Both the position numbers and the translations under genes were made by a program. Below the pieces are notes generated by a model that was given only the letters and a program-made list of their open reading frames with translations, did no database searches and was not told the origin of the DNA. 64,000 bases of DNA, from NCBI GenBank assembly GCA_964589075.1, contig CAZPQU010000004.1:59090-123089 (forward strand). The letters are read 5' to 3'. How positions within the stretch are numbered: position 1 is the stretch's first letter; each line of letters starts with the position of its first letter. Origin of the DNA: an uncultured Candidatus Izemoplasmatales bacterium (lineage in GTDB: Bacteria > Bacillota_I > Bacilli_A > MAG-NZ). Shown here piece after piece: positions 1 to 10,666 of this stretch.

Positions 1-135
1 TGATTATAACATAACCTGTTTTGTCATTATTTTAACCGTAGATTGAGTAGATGTCTTTCAGGCAAGTTTAATTGTTGAGTGCAGTACATTTCGCATAATT
101 TCCGTATGTGTTAAAATTAAGTAAGAGGTGATATT

Positions 136-759
136 TTGAAAAAGAGGATTGGTCAGTTCTATTTACTTTTAACAATACTTACATTCATCGTTTTTGTAAT
201 TAGTAGATTCTATGACAGAAGCGAAGGACAAACATTGTTTTTCAGTTCTTATTTTGTAGTTGTAACAATGTTGTTTAATCTAGTGATTGTGTTTCTATAC
301 AGAAAGCACAAACCACTACTATTATATTCGTTTTTATCTCTTGTAAACGTTGTTGGATATTATACTTACATTACTTACTTATCGAATAATCTACTTGGTA
401 TAATTTTGGCGTTTATTATTCCACTTACTTTCTATTCTTCTCTCGCCGCACTATTCGTAGCATTCTGGATTGCGCTATTAGAGGAGTATATGAAATTTGT
501 TTCAAGAATTCTTATTATAATAGGTATTAACAATTACCTATTCTATACAATATATGTTTCATATACCGAAAGAAGTCTCATCGGATTCTTTGGTCCATTT
601 CCTGATGACTTACAAGTCGTGTTTAACATTTTCTACTTTATTAAAGACTTAAACTTAACAGTAATTGTTGCATTACAAACAATCATTCTTTATTACTTGG
701 CATCTGGTAAAAAATTCTGGAACTATAATAGAACAAAAATGGATGACAATGAATCATAA
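136..759 (+). CDS. multi-pass membrane protein, function unknown
   Basis: 207-aa ORF with a TTG start 4 nt after GAGGTG. About 6 hydrophobic helices. No recognisable catalytic motif. Confidence 0.45.
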   Translation: MKKRIGQFYLLLTILTFIVFVISRFYDRSEGQTLFFSSYFVVVTMLFNLVIVFLYRKHKPLLLYSFLSLVNVVGYYTYITYLSNNLLGIILAFIIPLTFYSSLAALFVAFWIALLEEYMKFVSRILIIIGINNYLFYTIYVSYTERSLIGFFGPFPDDLQVVFNIFYFIKDLNLTVIVALQTIILYYLASGKKFWNYNRTKMDDNES

Positions 760-796
760 TATCAGCATAAGTATTAACTAAAATTAGACAAAACAA

Positions 797-820
797 AACC
801 TACAAATCTGTAGGTTTTTT
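797..820. terminator. bidirectional intrinsic terminator between convergent genes
   Basis: Hairpin aacctaca-aatc-tgtaggtt with an A-run before it and a T-run after it. Confidence 0.5.
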
Positions 821-2252
821 AATATTTATTCTTTATATAAATTTCCCAGTTATCAACTATCTCCTGCCAAGTAAATCCGGTCTTTTCAAGTATTAGTGTT
901 TCATCCTGTACTACTTCAAAATATATCTCTTCCGAAAACTCTTCCATAAAATAATTTGTAAATGAAACATATGGGAAGAATGATTCAGTACCGTAAGCTT
1001 CATATACATCATTGAAATCATTATTAGATAAAACATATATGTCAGCAAACTCGTATATGTCGTCTCTATATCTAGCATTATCACCATAAATGTTCTTATA
1101 CTCAGTAATAGCATATGCTATCTTGTCTTGAAGACCATCTAATTGATAAATTCTATCAAAATAAACTTGTGTATATTCGAACTCCATCGAATAATAAATT
1201 GCCATTGATTCTTTCAACCAAGTTGATGAATAAATGTAATTACTTTGTAGATGATGAACATACTCGTGACTTAGTGAAAAGATAGTACTTAGGAAAGATA
1301 GATTCGTTCTATAGTACCCCGAATTTCTAGAATCAACCAAGTAGATACTTATTTTCGGATAAGTAATATCATTTCTACCTAATTTTAAAGCTACCCTGTC
1401 CATTTCTGTCTCAAGACTTCTAATTAGATTAACTAAATTAAAATATCCATCCCTAAACAGATCTGGGTGACTTACATAGAAAAATGTATCATAAAAGTCA
1501 TCTTCTAAATACCAGTTGGAATGTTTTGTTTTCCAACTGATTGCGTATTCGGTTTTATCTCTACTAAAAACAATATAATATTCTGGATTATAAGCTTGTA
1601 ATCCAATTACTTCTAGATACTCATTTAAATACTTATAATAATTCTCCGCAAACAACGCATCATCCTCTATTTTAATTAATTGATCAAGAAATTCTACACT
1701 GTATTGTTCTATTAGGTAAGTCGTAAACAGCGTTGAAAACTCCATTGCATATGCTCTTGTATTGGTGTCAGCATAATCTTCATCGAATAAAGGATAAGTT
1801 AAGTCCATTATCTCGGGTCTATATGAAACATAGGAGAATATCTCATTACTATTATGTGCATACCCTTGATAAATGTTTCCTAAATCTCTCGCAACATAAT
1901 TTGCCATACCAAAGATAAGTCCATAGTTACCTTCCTTATGATAAATTCTGTCCAATATCGACATAACTGATCTATACCCATAATTTTTTCTACTTATTCC
2001 TACTTCGTTTGTAAATTCATTAAAAAAGCTCTCATTAAAATTACCTACATAAAACTTAAGTTCTTGATCCTCGTAAACACCTTTATCACGTAAGTAAATC
2101 AACGTCTTTTCATTGGTTAAGACAAAGCTGTTTTGTTCACGCTCAGTTATTTCATGTGAGTACGAGTACTCCGCAATTAATGGAGTTAAATAATCACAAC
2201 TGCTAAGTAAGAACACCGATATAAACATAAGCAGAATGGTAGTTTTTTTCAT
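819..2252 (-). CDS. lipoprotein with HExxH motif (putative secreted zinc metallopeptidase)
   Basis: Signal peptide plus lipobox (FLLSSC). SHEYVHH matches HExxH. 477 aa. Confidence 0.5.
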   Translation of the reverse strand: MKKTTILLMFISVFLLSSCDYLTPLIAEYSYSHEITEREQNSFVLTNEKTLIYLRDKGVYEDQELKFYVGNFNESFFNEFTNEVGISRKNYGYRSVMSILDRIYHKEGNYGLIFGMANYVARDLGNIYQGYAHNSNEIFSYVSYRPEIMDLTYPLFDEDYADTNTRAYAMEFSTLFTTYLIEQYSVEFLDQLIKIEDDALFAENYYKYLNEYLEVIGLQAYNPEYYIVFSRDKTEYAISWKTKHSNWYLEDDFYDTFFYVSHPDLFRDGYFNLVNLIRSLETEMDRVALKLGRNDITYPKISIYLVDSRNSGYYRTNLSFLSTIFSLSHEYVHHLQSNYIYSSTWLKESMAIYYSMEFEYTQVYFDRIYQLDGLQDKIAYAITEYKNIYGDNARYRDDIYEFADIYVLSNNDFNDVYEAYGTESFFPYVSFTNYFMEEFSEEIYFEVVQDETLILEKTGFTWQEIVDNWEIYIKNKY

Positions 2253-2469
2253 AGTATCACCAGCTTGTTTGTCCTCGAGTAATTCGTTGTTGTTATTTAA
2301 TTGTACCTTTTACCTATACATGTTGCAAAGTATTGGCAATTTGGAGTCAAAACAACGATCATATATATTCGGACAACATATATCTCAATACAAAAAAAAG
2401 ACACCAAATTTAATCGGCGTCTATCAATTATGTCGTTATATATTATGTAAATCTATAAATATCTTAAAA

Positions 2470-3105
2470 CTACAATGTAACAATGAAAAACGAGTTTTTA
2501 GCTTTTGAGATAGCTAAATTGTTATTTACAATAGTTTCATTTCCATTAAATAGTACCTCAGAACTTTTTATTCGCATAATATTTTGAATTGCTTTACTAA
2601 TGTCCTTAAAATCTCTTTTCAAAACACTTTCCTTATCACAAATCAATTCTAAATTTCCAGGAACTTTTAAATCATTTGTTTTTTTACTTAGCATGAATGT
2701 GCAAACTGCACCTTCAAAAGATTTGTTCAGTAATAACTCCTTATAAACTGGGTCTCCAGCACTTTTAAGGTTATCAATTACAACTGATAACTTTGTATCT
2801 AGGTGCTCAGCGTAATTCTTAGTGAAGTTTTCAGCGGTAGCAATATTTTCTTCTCTAGTAAAACAATTCTTGCTTAAGAATTCTCTTAATGTATTTTTAT
2901 AATCGTGGTATTTATATCTAGAAACCATTCTCTTATTGATTATATTTATTCTTACTGAGTTTTGTTCTGTTTCTAACTCTTGGTCTTGTTCTACTACTTC
3001 ATTTTCATTCATATTATTTTGTCCTTTCAAATTACAATTGATATTTTTTATATTAGTATTCATATATATCATAATTTCCTTACAAACTATATCACATAAT
3101 ACCAA
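2470..3105 (-). CDS. hypothetical protein
   Basis: 211-aa ORF. The true start is probably an internal Met (about 3063-3072). No recognisable motif. Confidence 0.4.
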   Translation of the reverse strand: MVLCDIVCKEIMIYMNTNIKNINCNLKGQNNMNENEVVEQDQELETEQNSVRINIINKRMVSRYKYHDYKNTLREFLSKNCFTREENIATAENFTKNYAEHLDTKLSVVIDNLKSAGDPVYKELLLNKSFEGAVCTFMLSKKTNDLKVPGNLELICDKESVLKRDFKDISKAIQNIMRIKSSEVLFNGNETIVNNNLAISKAKNSFFIVTL

Positions 3106-3254
3106 ATATAACTATGTCAGTACACTCATTACACCTAGAACACTTAAATTTTGCCTCAAATGACTATTTCGTAACGATAGTCAGCACGAATACGCTTCAT
3201 TAAAAAAAGGACTCGAGGAATCCCTTTCTTGGATAATTATCATTCTTGAAAGAA

Positions 3255-3716
3255 TCAGTAACCTGTAAAGTATCCGCCACCAGTCGTAGCGTTACTTGTG
3301 ATATTACCCTCTAAATCAAAGATAATTTGACCAGTAAATTCATAATAAGCATCAACTGCGTCAATCATTATGTTGTATTTGACTACTTTAGTGCCTTCTA
3401 TTCCATCTCCCAGTTCATATTTTTCTTCTATTATTGTGAATGTTTTTCCAGCAAATTTTGCATTCATGATCATTCGTTCAAGACTTTTATTATACTCAGT
3501 AAAGTGATCGTGATAACCAGCAAACCCTTTTCTTAGGCTATTAGTAAGACTAACTATACTGTCTATATCAAGTAAAACTCCTTCAGCTATATCATAATTA
3601 GATAGATCATAGATATGATTTATATACTCCTCAGCCATGGCAAGATTTCTTTTGTCTTCGCATCCAATTAACAGCACACTCACAGATACTAGTATGATCA
3701 AATTTATTATTCTCAA
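3255..3716 (-). CDS. small lipoprotein
   Basis: Signal peptide with lipobox LLIGC. Its start overlaps the stop of the upstream XRE gene by 4 nt. Confidence 0.5.
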   Translation of the reverse strand: MRIINLIILVSVSVLLIGCEDKRNLAMAEEYINHIYDLSNYDIAEGVLLDIDSIVSLTNSLRKGFAGYHDHFTEYNKSLERMIMNAKFAGKTFTIIEEKYELGDGIEGTKVVKYNIMIDAVDAYYEFTGQIIFDLEGNITSNATTGGGYFTGY

Positions 3717-4426
3717 GATATCACCTCTTCTATCCAGTCTTTATCGATTGAGATTTTTTTTGTTAAGTTGTCTGAAACCTGCATCCCCTGATCATCAAAC
3801 ACACTTATTTTAAGTCTATAAGTAAGAATCCATCTTTCATATATAGGATCGTAACTAATTCCAGCATAACCAGTTAACAGGCTAAACTCTCTAGGAATAC
3901 TTACTTTGCTAATATTAATAAACTGGTATTCAACATCATTATAATCAAAAGTTAATTTGATAGGAATACAATACCTCTCTTCATTTAATGTAATTTCTCT
4001 ATTTTCAACAATCATTCCCTCAAAGTATGATCCACCTCGCGTTTTGACTGTATCATCTACCTCTGTACATGCTCCTTCATAATCCGATATAGCTCTCATG
4101 TACTTCTTAGATGTATAACCATTAATAACGGAATAAAGAACAATGCTGAGTATTATAATAAGTAAACTTATCCAAATACTATTTCTGTAAACTATATCCT
4201 TTAGTCTTGAATAGCCAGTAACTATTAAATACTCACTACTAACTTTAAAAAACTTTGCTAAAAATTGTAGCATCTCGATGTCAGGCACAGACTTATCTCT
4301 TTCCCAACTAGAAATGGTTTGACGAGTTACAGACAACTTCTCTGCTAACTCATCCTGAGTAAGTTCGTTCTTAACTCTTAATTGTTTAAGTTTAGTTCCT
4401 AATGAATTTTTCTTCATCTTCAACAC
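3713..4426 (-). CDS. membrane-anchored XRE-family HTH transcriptional regulator
   Basis: N-terminal HTH_3 pattern (LKQLRVKNELTQDELAEKLSVTRQTISSWERDKSVP) followed by one TM helix and an extracytoplasmic domain. Confidence 0.7.
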   Translation of the reverse strand: MLKMKKNSLGTKLKQLRVKNELTQDELAEKLSVTRQTISSWERDKSVPDIEMLQFLAKFFKVSSEYLIVTGYSRLKDIVYRNSIWISLLIIILSIVLYSVINGYTSKKYMRAISDYEGACTEVDDTVKTRGGSYFEGMIVENREITLNEERYCIPIKLTFDYNDVEYQFINISKVSIPREFSLLTGYAGISYDPIYERWILTYRLKISVFDDQGMQVSDNLTKKISIDKDWIEEVIS

Positions 4427-4689
4427 CTCACAATAATTGTATTATGAATATCAGTAAATGACTAGCAAAGAATATTTGCTTCTATATATCTCAGTATATA
4501 GAATAATTTTATCACATATTTGCCACCTCAAATGTTACAGATATTCTACTATCACTAATATATAGTATGCTGGATTACACCATAGTTGAAGTATTTATCT
4601 TAATATCAAGTAATTATCTATTTAATCAACAGAACATCAACAAATCAGCTATTTAGAATGATATAATAAATAAATGACGGAGGTTCACT

Positions 4690-6474
4690 ATGCTATTTAT
4701 ATTACCTATTCTAGTTTTCGGATTTTTATTCGTTATCACTTATTACTTTTACCAGAAATTAGCAGTTGAAACACATTTGATGATTGTTCCACTTTCAATC
4801 TATCAGACATTCTTTACATTTTTTATTACTCTTCCTTTTTATCTTAAGGGATATTTAGTAGCTACATTTTTCGCAAAAGTGTTTATGATAATCCTATTAA
4901 TATTAGGAGCATTAATATTTGGATACTTAGCGGTAAGAGATAACGATGAAGAGGGACACTTTAATGATGTTAAATTAGAAGTGCTAAAAAACACTTTAGT
5001 TATCTTCTCATTAACAGTTCTACCCTTTTTAGTATTTATGACTATATTTAGATTTATTAATCCTTTTATTCAAGTATCGTTGGCTTTATTGGCGGCTCTT
5101 GTTATCTATGGGTTGTCAATGCTAAGCCGTAAGTACATCCTTCCACTCTTTTCTAAACTTAACTTCCATGTAGGTTTACTAGGAAATTCCAAGTGGATTA
5201 TTTTGTGGCTGTTAATTATCTTAGTTTTTGGATTATCAACTACAGTACGAGTTCCACTTAATAGTTTAGAGAATTCCTTAAACTTGTCTCACCATATTAA
5301 AGTATCGACAGATGACAAAGAGGAAATATACTACAAAAACAATTTTACTCAAGAAGAGTTGTTTAGTTTAGAATCTAACTTAACTGTTCCAATTCTTGAT
5401 AATAATACCAAGCCTAATTATTTTAGTTATTCGTACACGTCAACAACACTATTTGTAAGATTAAAAGATACTGTAACTAGTATTGATAGACAAACAAATG
5501 AAATAATACTTCAAGGAAATCTTAATGATAGAATTACTTCTTTAGATGAACCTTTACAGTACGGTAATGGGATTCAGCTTGAAAGCTATGATATTTTACT
5601 GAATCAATACGGTAGTTTTGTCTTAAATGGTTATGAAGTAGTAAACAATATAGATGAAGTATCTTTCAATAGTGAGTTATTTTTTTATAAGGGTGAAGCT
5701 TATTTCTTAAGCCAATCAAATTCAGACAGAAACAAATTTATGATTTACAAAATTGGTGATGAGATAGTTGAAATAGAAGAATTCTCTTCTGATAGTAGAT
5801 ACAATTTAGACCATTTCATTACCAACAATAATCTAATTCTAAAAGATGATAATATATTAAAGCCATATAATGAAGACGTTGAGTTTCCATACATTAAGGG
5901 GAACCAACCATATTATGATGAATCAAATCATGTAATGTACTATATTCAAGAATATGGTGGCGTTGTCGCTAGAAATATGACTAAGGATTCAACTTACTAT
6001 AAAGTCGACTCTGAAGGTAATGAAGAAGAGTTTTCACTTAGTTTTGATCATAACAGAATTGCATTAATACTTGATGGTGATATATATTTGTATGACAAAA
6101 CAGAAACTAGGTCAAACCAAATTGAGATTATGAATGGTGAATTTAGAATAAACACTATATTTAATCATGTAGCTCCACAATCGTTCCTTAAAAGTAAAGA
6201 TTCACTAGGTTCACTTGTTATTGATTACAGAAAAGTGGATGATCATATAGAGTTTTTGCAACTTGATTATGATGGTACTTTAACTGTATATAAACTTGTA
6301 GAGAATGATGTGGCTATAAACTTACCAATTTACACTTCATATAGTATTGGGATATTTGCTTGGATCATTTTGGCCATCTTAATTCCAGTTACTAAACACT
6401 CAATCGACTATAAAGTGATCGGTTTTATTGAAAAGAATGAAGAATTAATTGCAAAGAGTAATAAAACGAAATAA
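4690..6474 (+). CDS. large membrane protein, function unknown
   Basis: GGAGG RBS. About 6 N-terminal TM helices, a roughly 350-aa soluble domain and a C-terminal TM helix. Confidence 0.5.
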   Translation: MLFILPILVFGFLFVITYYFYQKLAVETHLMIVPLSIYQTFFTFFITLPFYLKGYLVATFFAKVFMIILLILGALIFGYLAVRDNDEEGHFNDVKLEVLKNTLVIFSLTVLPFLVFMTIFRFINPFIQVSLALLAALVIYGLSMLSRKYILPLFSKLNFHVGLLGNSKWIILWLLIILVFGLSTTVRVPLNSLENSLNLSHHIKVSTDDKEEIYYKNNFTQEELFSLESNLTVPILDNNTKPNYFSYSYTSTTLFVRLKDTVTSIDRQTNEIILQGNLNDRITSLDEPLQYGNGIQLESYDILLNQYGSFVLNGYEVVNNIDEVSFNSELFFYKGEAYFLSQSNSDRNKFMIYKIGDEIVEIEEFSSDSRYNLDHFITNNNLILKDDNILKPYNEDVEFPYIKGNQPYYDESNHVMYYIQEYGGVVARNMTKDSTYYKVDSEGNEEEFSLSFDHNRIALILDGDIYLYDKTETRSNQIEIMNGEFRINTIFNHVAPQSFLKSKDSLGSLVIDYRKVDDHIEFLQLDYDGTLTVYKLVENDVAINLPIYTSYSIGIFAWIILAILIPVTKHSIDYKVIGFIEKNEELIAKSNKTK

Positions 6475-6530
6475 CTGTTCTTCGATTAATTTAATTAGTT
6501 GCATTGAGTAATTATTATATCAATTAAAAA

Positions 6531-6558
6531 ACACGACTTCCAAATGAGTCGTGTTTTA
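6531..6558. terminator. bidirectional intrinsic terminator
   Basis: Hairpin acacgact-N8-agtcgtgt flanked by an A-run and a T-run, between convergent genes. Confidence 0.5.
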
Positions 6559-6583
6559 TTATGGAGCACATATTAGTTACTAC

Positions 6584-8461
6584 TTATACATGCTTAATAT
6601 CAGTGTATTTTGCGACTTCACCACTAATAGTAGATACGTGATGAACATCTAAATTATGTATGTTATCTAATCCATGAGACCTAGCAAATACTTTAAGTTC
6701 TTTTGCAGTTCCCATATAGAAGTTTTCAAATCTCTTAACTCCTGTTTTTGAATCAAACAGTTGTCTCAAATTTTCATCTTGAGTTGTGATACCAGCAGGA
6801 CATGATCCTGTATGACATATTTTCGCTTGTATACATCCGATAGCAATTAACGATGAAGTTGCAAGTGCAATAGCGTCTGCTCCAAGAGCAAGCCCTTTTG
6901 CAATGTCAGAGCTATCTCTAAATCCCCCTGTTATACATAATGTTACATCACTATTAACACTATCCAAGTATCTTCTAGCTCTTCTTATCGCGTATACCGG
7001 TGGTGTACCAATATTATCTTTTAAGAATTTAGGTGACGAACCAGTTGCTCCACCTCTACAGTCAATAGTAATAAAATCAGGCTTTGATTTAAGAGCCTCT
7101 TCTAAATCTGCCTCAATATTTCCAGAAGCAAACTTAACTCCAATAGGGACTCCGTCCGTTAGTACTCTAAGTCTAGTAACTAACTTCTCTAAATCTTCAA
7201 TTACATTTAATCCAACTAACCTTCCAGGTGATACTGAATCTTCTCCTGGTTTGAGTCCTCTAATTTTAGCAATCTCTGGCGTTATTTTGTTAGCAGGTAA
7301 ATGGCCACCTAGTCCAGGTTTTACTCCTTGACCTATCTTAATCTCAACAGCATCTGCTTGTTTGATAACAGAGTCTATATGTGAGAATGCAGCTGTACCT
7401 AGTTCATAGATATATTTTTTTGCAGCTTTCCTAGCTTCAGGTAACATTCCACCCTCACCCGAGCACATTGCAGTTCCAACTAATGATGTACCTGCAGCAA
7501 GAGCTATCTTAGCCTCTCTTGAAAGAGCTCCAAATGACATATGAGATACATAAAATGGAAGTTCTAATTCTAGTGGTTTCTTAGCATTTTTCCCAATTAT
7601 AGTTTTTAAACTTACATCTACGTCGTCATTGATTGGCATTGTTTTAAGTTGACTACCATTAAAAAGTATTTCATTAAATGTTGGAAACTTAAGTAACGTG
7701 GCCATTGCTGAGTTCTCACTTTTTCCAGTGCTGGCAAGGTGATTTACGTTATGAATTTTCTCATCCATTTTGTTTTCAACGAGTTTCTTTTCTAGTTCTG
7801 GTACTTCGGGTATTAGTCCCTCATCTTTAAATTCCTTATACCAATGTGTTCCATCGCAGTATGGCTTGTTTTTAGACTTCCCACATCTACAAAGTGCAAA
7901 ATGTTCTTTAGCAGTAGGTGGTTGTTCAATATCTATCTCAATGTTTCCTGAGAAGAAATAAGGACCGTCCTTTATAACTCGTACATTTGGAGTGTCCGAA
8001 TGGTTATCATAAAGTACATTTTCGATAGTATAAGTAAGTGCTCCAGATGGACATTTCTTACAGATTGCTATTAAGTCTTCAAAACTAGCAGCATCTGGAT
8101 CAATTGTTTGCTTCTTGTTGTGCCAAAATACTTTTGGCAATTCAGTTGTGCAATACCCAATATGGGCACAAATTTTTGCGTCATGATTAATAGTTATTAG
8201 CTTTCCTGCGTAGGAATTAATGACACCTTCTACATCCTGTTTTTCGTTTATATCTGAAAAATCAGTTTTACCATGTGTCCCGTCGCAGTAAGGCTTTGTT
8301 TTAGAATTACCACATCTACATAAAGCTATAGTCCTTTTTGTATCAACTTTTAGTGAGTTATCTTGTTCTAATATATCTAAGCCCGATAATACTAAAGGAC
8401 CGTTTTTCCCTAATTTGATACTTGGGTTTTTTATAGTATCGTTACTTAAAATCACCTTCAT
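6584..8461 (-). CDS. glutamate synthase-related FMN-domain protein with an N-terminal CDGSH / ferredoxin-like / CDGSH module
   Basis: Two CDGSH signatures (CRCGNSKTKPYCDGTH, CRCGKSKNKPYCDGTH). Cys-rich ferredoxin-like segment (ICAHIGYC...CKKCPSGA). C-terminal GltS domain-2 motifs (GEGGMLPE, KPGLGGHLP, DCRGGATGSSP, ITGGFRD). Confidence 0.75.
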   Translation of the reverse strand: MKVILSNDTIKNPSIKLGKNGPLVLSGLDILEQDNSLKVDTKRTIALCRCGNSKTKPYCDGTHGKTDFSDINEKQDVEGVINSYAGKLITINHDAKICAHIGYCTTELPKVFWHNKKQTIDPDAASFEDLIAICKKCPSGALTYTIENVLYDNHSDTPNVRVIKDGPYFFSGNIEIDIEQPPTAKEHFALCRCGKSKNKPYCDGTHWYKEFKDEGLIPEVPELEKKLVENKMDEKIHNVNHLASTGKSENSAMATLLKFPTFNEILFNGSQLKTMPINDDVDVSLKTIIGKNAKKPLELELPFYVSHMSFGALSREAKIALAAGTSLVGTAMCSGEGGMLPEARKAAKKYIYELGTAAFSHIDSVIKQADAVEIKIGQGVKPGLGGHLPANKITPEIAKIRGLKPGEDSVSPGRLVGLNVIEDLEKLVTRLRVLTDGVPIGVKFASGNIEADLEEALKSKPDFITIDCRGGATGSSPKFLKDNIGTPPVYAIRRARRYLDSVNSDVTLCITGGFRDSSDIAKGLALGADAIALATSSLIAIGCIQAKICHTGSCPAGITTQDENLRQLFDSKTGVKRFENFYMGTAKELKVFARSHGLDNIHNLDVHHVSTISGEVAKYTDIKHV

Positions 8462-8538
8462 GTGTATCTCTCCTCTTCAAAGCAGATTATGAAACCTTTA
8501 CTCTAAATCATGATTATGTATTGATTGAGCAGTAAACA

Positions 8539-9240
8539 TTATAGTTTATGCACTAATCCATCATCCTTAAAATCTTCATACCAGTGAGTTCCATCACAAT
8601 AAGGTTTATTTTTAGATTTACCACATCTACAAAGAGCAAAATGTTCTTTTGCTGTAGGTTGTTGTTCACAATTTAATTCAATACTTCCAGTTATGAAATA
8701 AGGACCATCCTTAATAATTTGCACTTTAGGTGTGTCTGAATAGTTATCATATAACACATCTTCAACAGTATAAGTTAGTGCACCAGATGGACATTTTTTA
8801 CAAAGTGCCATTATTTCTTCTACACTAGCAGCATCTGGATCAATTGTTTTATCTACATTGCTCCAAAAAACTTTTGGCAATTCAGTTGTACAATATCCAA
8901 TATGCGCACATATCTTAGCGTCATGATTAATCGTAATTTTCTTACCCTTGTAAGAATTAACAACACCTACTATATCCAGCTTCTCGTTTGAATCAGAAAA
9001 ATCTGATTTGCTATGTCTTCCATCACAATATGGTTTTGTCTCAGAGTTTCCACATCTACACAGAGCTACAATCTTTTTATTATCTACTTTAACTAAATTA
9101 TCTTGTTCCAATACATCCAGTCCTGATAAAATAAGCGGACCATTTTGGCTCAACTTAATACTTGTGTTTCTCATAATATCTTTTTCAATAAATTCTTTCA
9201 TAAACACTCTCTCCCTTATATAGTTTTTGTTAATCATCAT
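8539..9240 (-). CDS. stand-alone CDGSH / ferredoxin-like / CDGSH iron-sulfur protein (paralog of the N-terminus of the neighbouring gene)
   Basis: Same domain order and very high identity to residues 1-215 of the 625-aa neighbour. Two CDGSH signatures. Confidence 0.7.
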   Translation of the reverse strand: MMINKNYIRERVFMKEFIEKDIMRNTSIKLSQNGPLILSGLDVLEQDNLVKVDNKKIVALCRCGNSETKPYCDGRHSKSDFSDSNEKLDIVGVVNSYKGKKITINHDAKICAHIGYCTTELPKVFWSNVDKTIDPDAASVEEIMALCKKCPSGALTYTVEDVLYDNYSDTPKVQIIKDGPYFITGSIELNCEQQPTAKEHFALCRCGKSKNKPYCDGTHWYEDFKDDGLVHKL

Positions 9241-9333
9241 CTAATTATAGCATTATACAATTCTAAAGTAGATTGCCCATCATAAAACTGTATAGCTATT
9301 AGTACATATATAAAAAAATGGAAGAATTAACTT

Positions 9334-9358
9334 CCAGTTTGTTTATAAGTTGGTGCGG
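9334..9358. repeat. degenerate copy of the island left junction (flank plus first 8 nt of the tRNA-derived core)
   Basis: ccagtttgtttataagttggtgcgg matches 10654-10678 at 23 of 25 positions. Both follow a terminator hairpin. Confidence 0.4.
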
Positions 9359-9437
9359 GTAAATATGTTAACTACTACTTTTAGAAGATTACTTCATAAG
9401 TGAAAAATTCAGTGTTTTATCTCGATAGCCGTAAAAC

Positions 9438-9938
9438 TCATCTCAAACTAGCTAAAAACTGTTTTTTTTCTTTATAGTTATTAATTCTAATTATGTTTAA
9501 GTTACTAAATTCAATTAATCTTCTTTCAATACTAGGAAGTTTAACCTTCCCAAAATCTTTTACATATTCAATAAAATCATCGTCCATAATACTAGTATCA
9601 AATCCAGGTGCCATATCAGGTCTTTTTGATAATTTTTGTCGTTTCAGTATATTCCTAATACAGATATCGGTTGGTAGGTCAAAGAATATAACAGTATCAC
9701 ACAATTTCATTCTAAAACTCATTGTCCCACCATAATTACCATCAATTATAAAACAATCATGTTTATTAGCAAATTCTTCTGTCATCCTTCTTAATTCTTC
9801 TCTGCCAATATCATTATAATTGTCTATATGGAAGATATAATCCAAATGCAAAACAGGATAGCCAAGAATTTCTCCTAATTCACGACTAAGTGTTGATTTC
9901 CCACTACCAGGGCTTCCAATAATCATTATTTTCTTCAT
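9438..9938 (-). CDS. P-loop NTPase/kinase (adenylate-kinase-like, topology-modulation-type)
   Basis: Walker A IGSPGSGKST at the N-terminus. 166 aa, a typical size for small nucleotide kinases. Confidence 0.55.
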   Translation of the reverse strand: MKKIMIIGSPGSGKSTLSRELGEILGYPVLHLDYIFHIDNYNDIGREELRRMTEEFANKHDCFIIDGNYGGTMSFRMKLCDTVIFFDLPTDICIRNILKRQKLSKRPDMAPGFDTSIMDDDFIEYVKDFGKVKLPSIERRLIEFSNLNIIRINNYKEKKQFLASLR

Positions 9939-10007
9939 CTAAATCACCATTTTATGTTTATATAACAATAAACCCTTTCCATGAACTCATGACACATTTT
10001 ATTATAT

Positions 10008-10469
10008 CTACTTCTTTGTAAGTGAAAGTCTTAATTTAGTATCTAATTCATATAATGCTGTCTTGTTACTATCCCACATTAATAGTTGTGTAGCGGTATT
10101 GTAATCTGTCCATATGTATTCAGAGTGTTCATCAGACAAAGTAATGGTTTCCTCAGTGTGAACTCCAAATGAATATTCTGGAATGACTATTACTTCTGGA
10201 TAATTTACTGCAATTTCCTCAAATATAATTGCAGGTATGTGTGTTTGAGAAGTTAGCTCAATAAGGTTGATCACGGATATTCCAGTCTCTTCCTTCATTT
10301 CTCTTACTGCTGCTTCTTTTTTGGTTTCGGAATTTTCACCACCACCTGAGACCCATTGCCACATTTTTGGCACATTTTTTGATTCTGGCCTCTTGAAGAC
10401 ACAATAGGATATTCCTAGTTCAGAAAACTTGTACGGAATAATCAGTACTTGAAATGGTGCTCTAGCCAT
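10008..10469 (-). CDS. NUDIX hydrolase
   Basis: Nudix box GGGENSETKKEAAVREMKEETGI (G-x5-E-x7-REUxEExGU). Confidence 0.75.
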   Translation of the reverse strand: MARAPFQVLIIPYKFSELGISYCVFKRPESKNVPKMWQWVSGGGENSETKKEAAVREMKEETGISVINLIELTSQTHIPAIIFEEIAVNYPEVIVIPEYSFGVHTEETITLSDEHSEYIWTDYNTATQLLMWDSNKTALYELDTKLRLSLTKK

Positions 10470-10666
10470 AATAGCCTCCTTATTATTTATGGGTTACTAT
10501 ATTTCACCCACACATATTACGTACTTGTTTATGCCATTCTAAGTATGAGTCTTTTTATTATAACATCTCAAGTTCTTTATCTAAGATATGCAAGTAAATT
10601 AACAATAATTTTTTTTTGTTTTTTGGATATAAAAAAACTGGATGAGTTATCATCCAGTTTGCTTAT

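Noticed and set aside
6903-7331. 142-aa plus-strand ORF, plus the many other 60-130-aa ORFs in the track that lie antisense within long genes (for example 911-1114, 13145-13492, 18386-18769, 34514-34852, 52698-53033 and 62721-63110).
   Set aside because: All are fully embedded antisense in well-supported longer CDSs, lack an RBS and have low-complexity Ser/Leu/Ile-rich translations.
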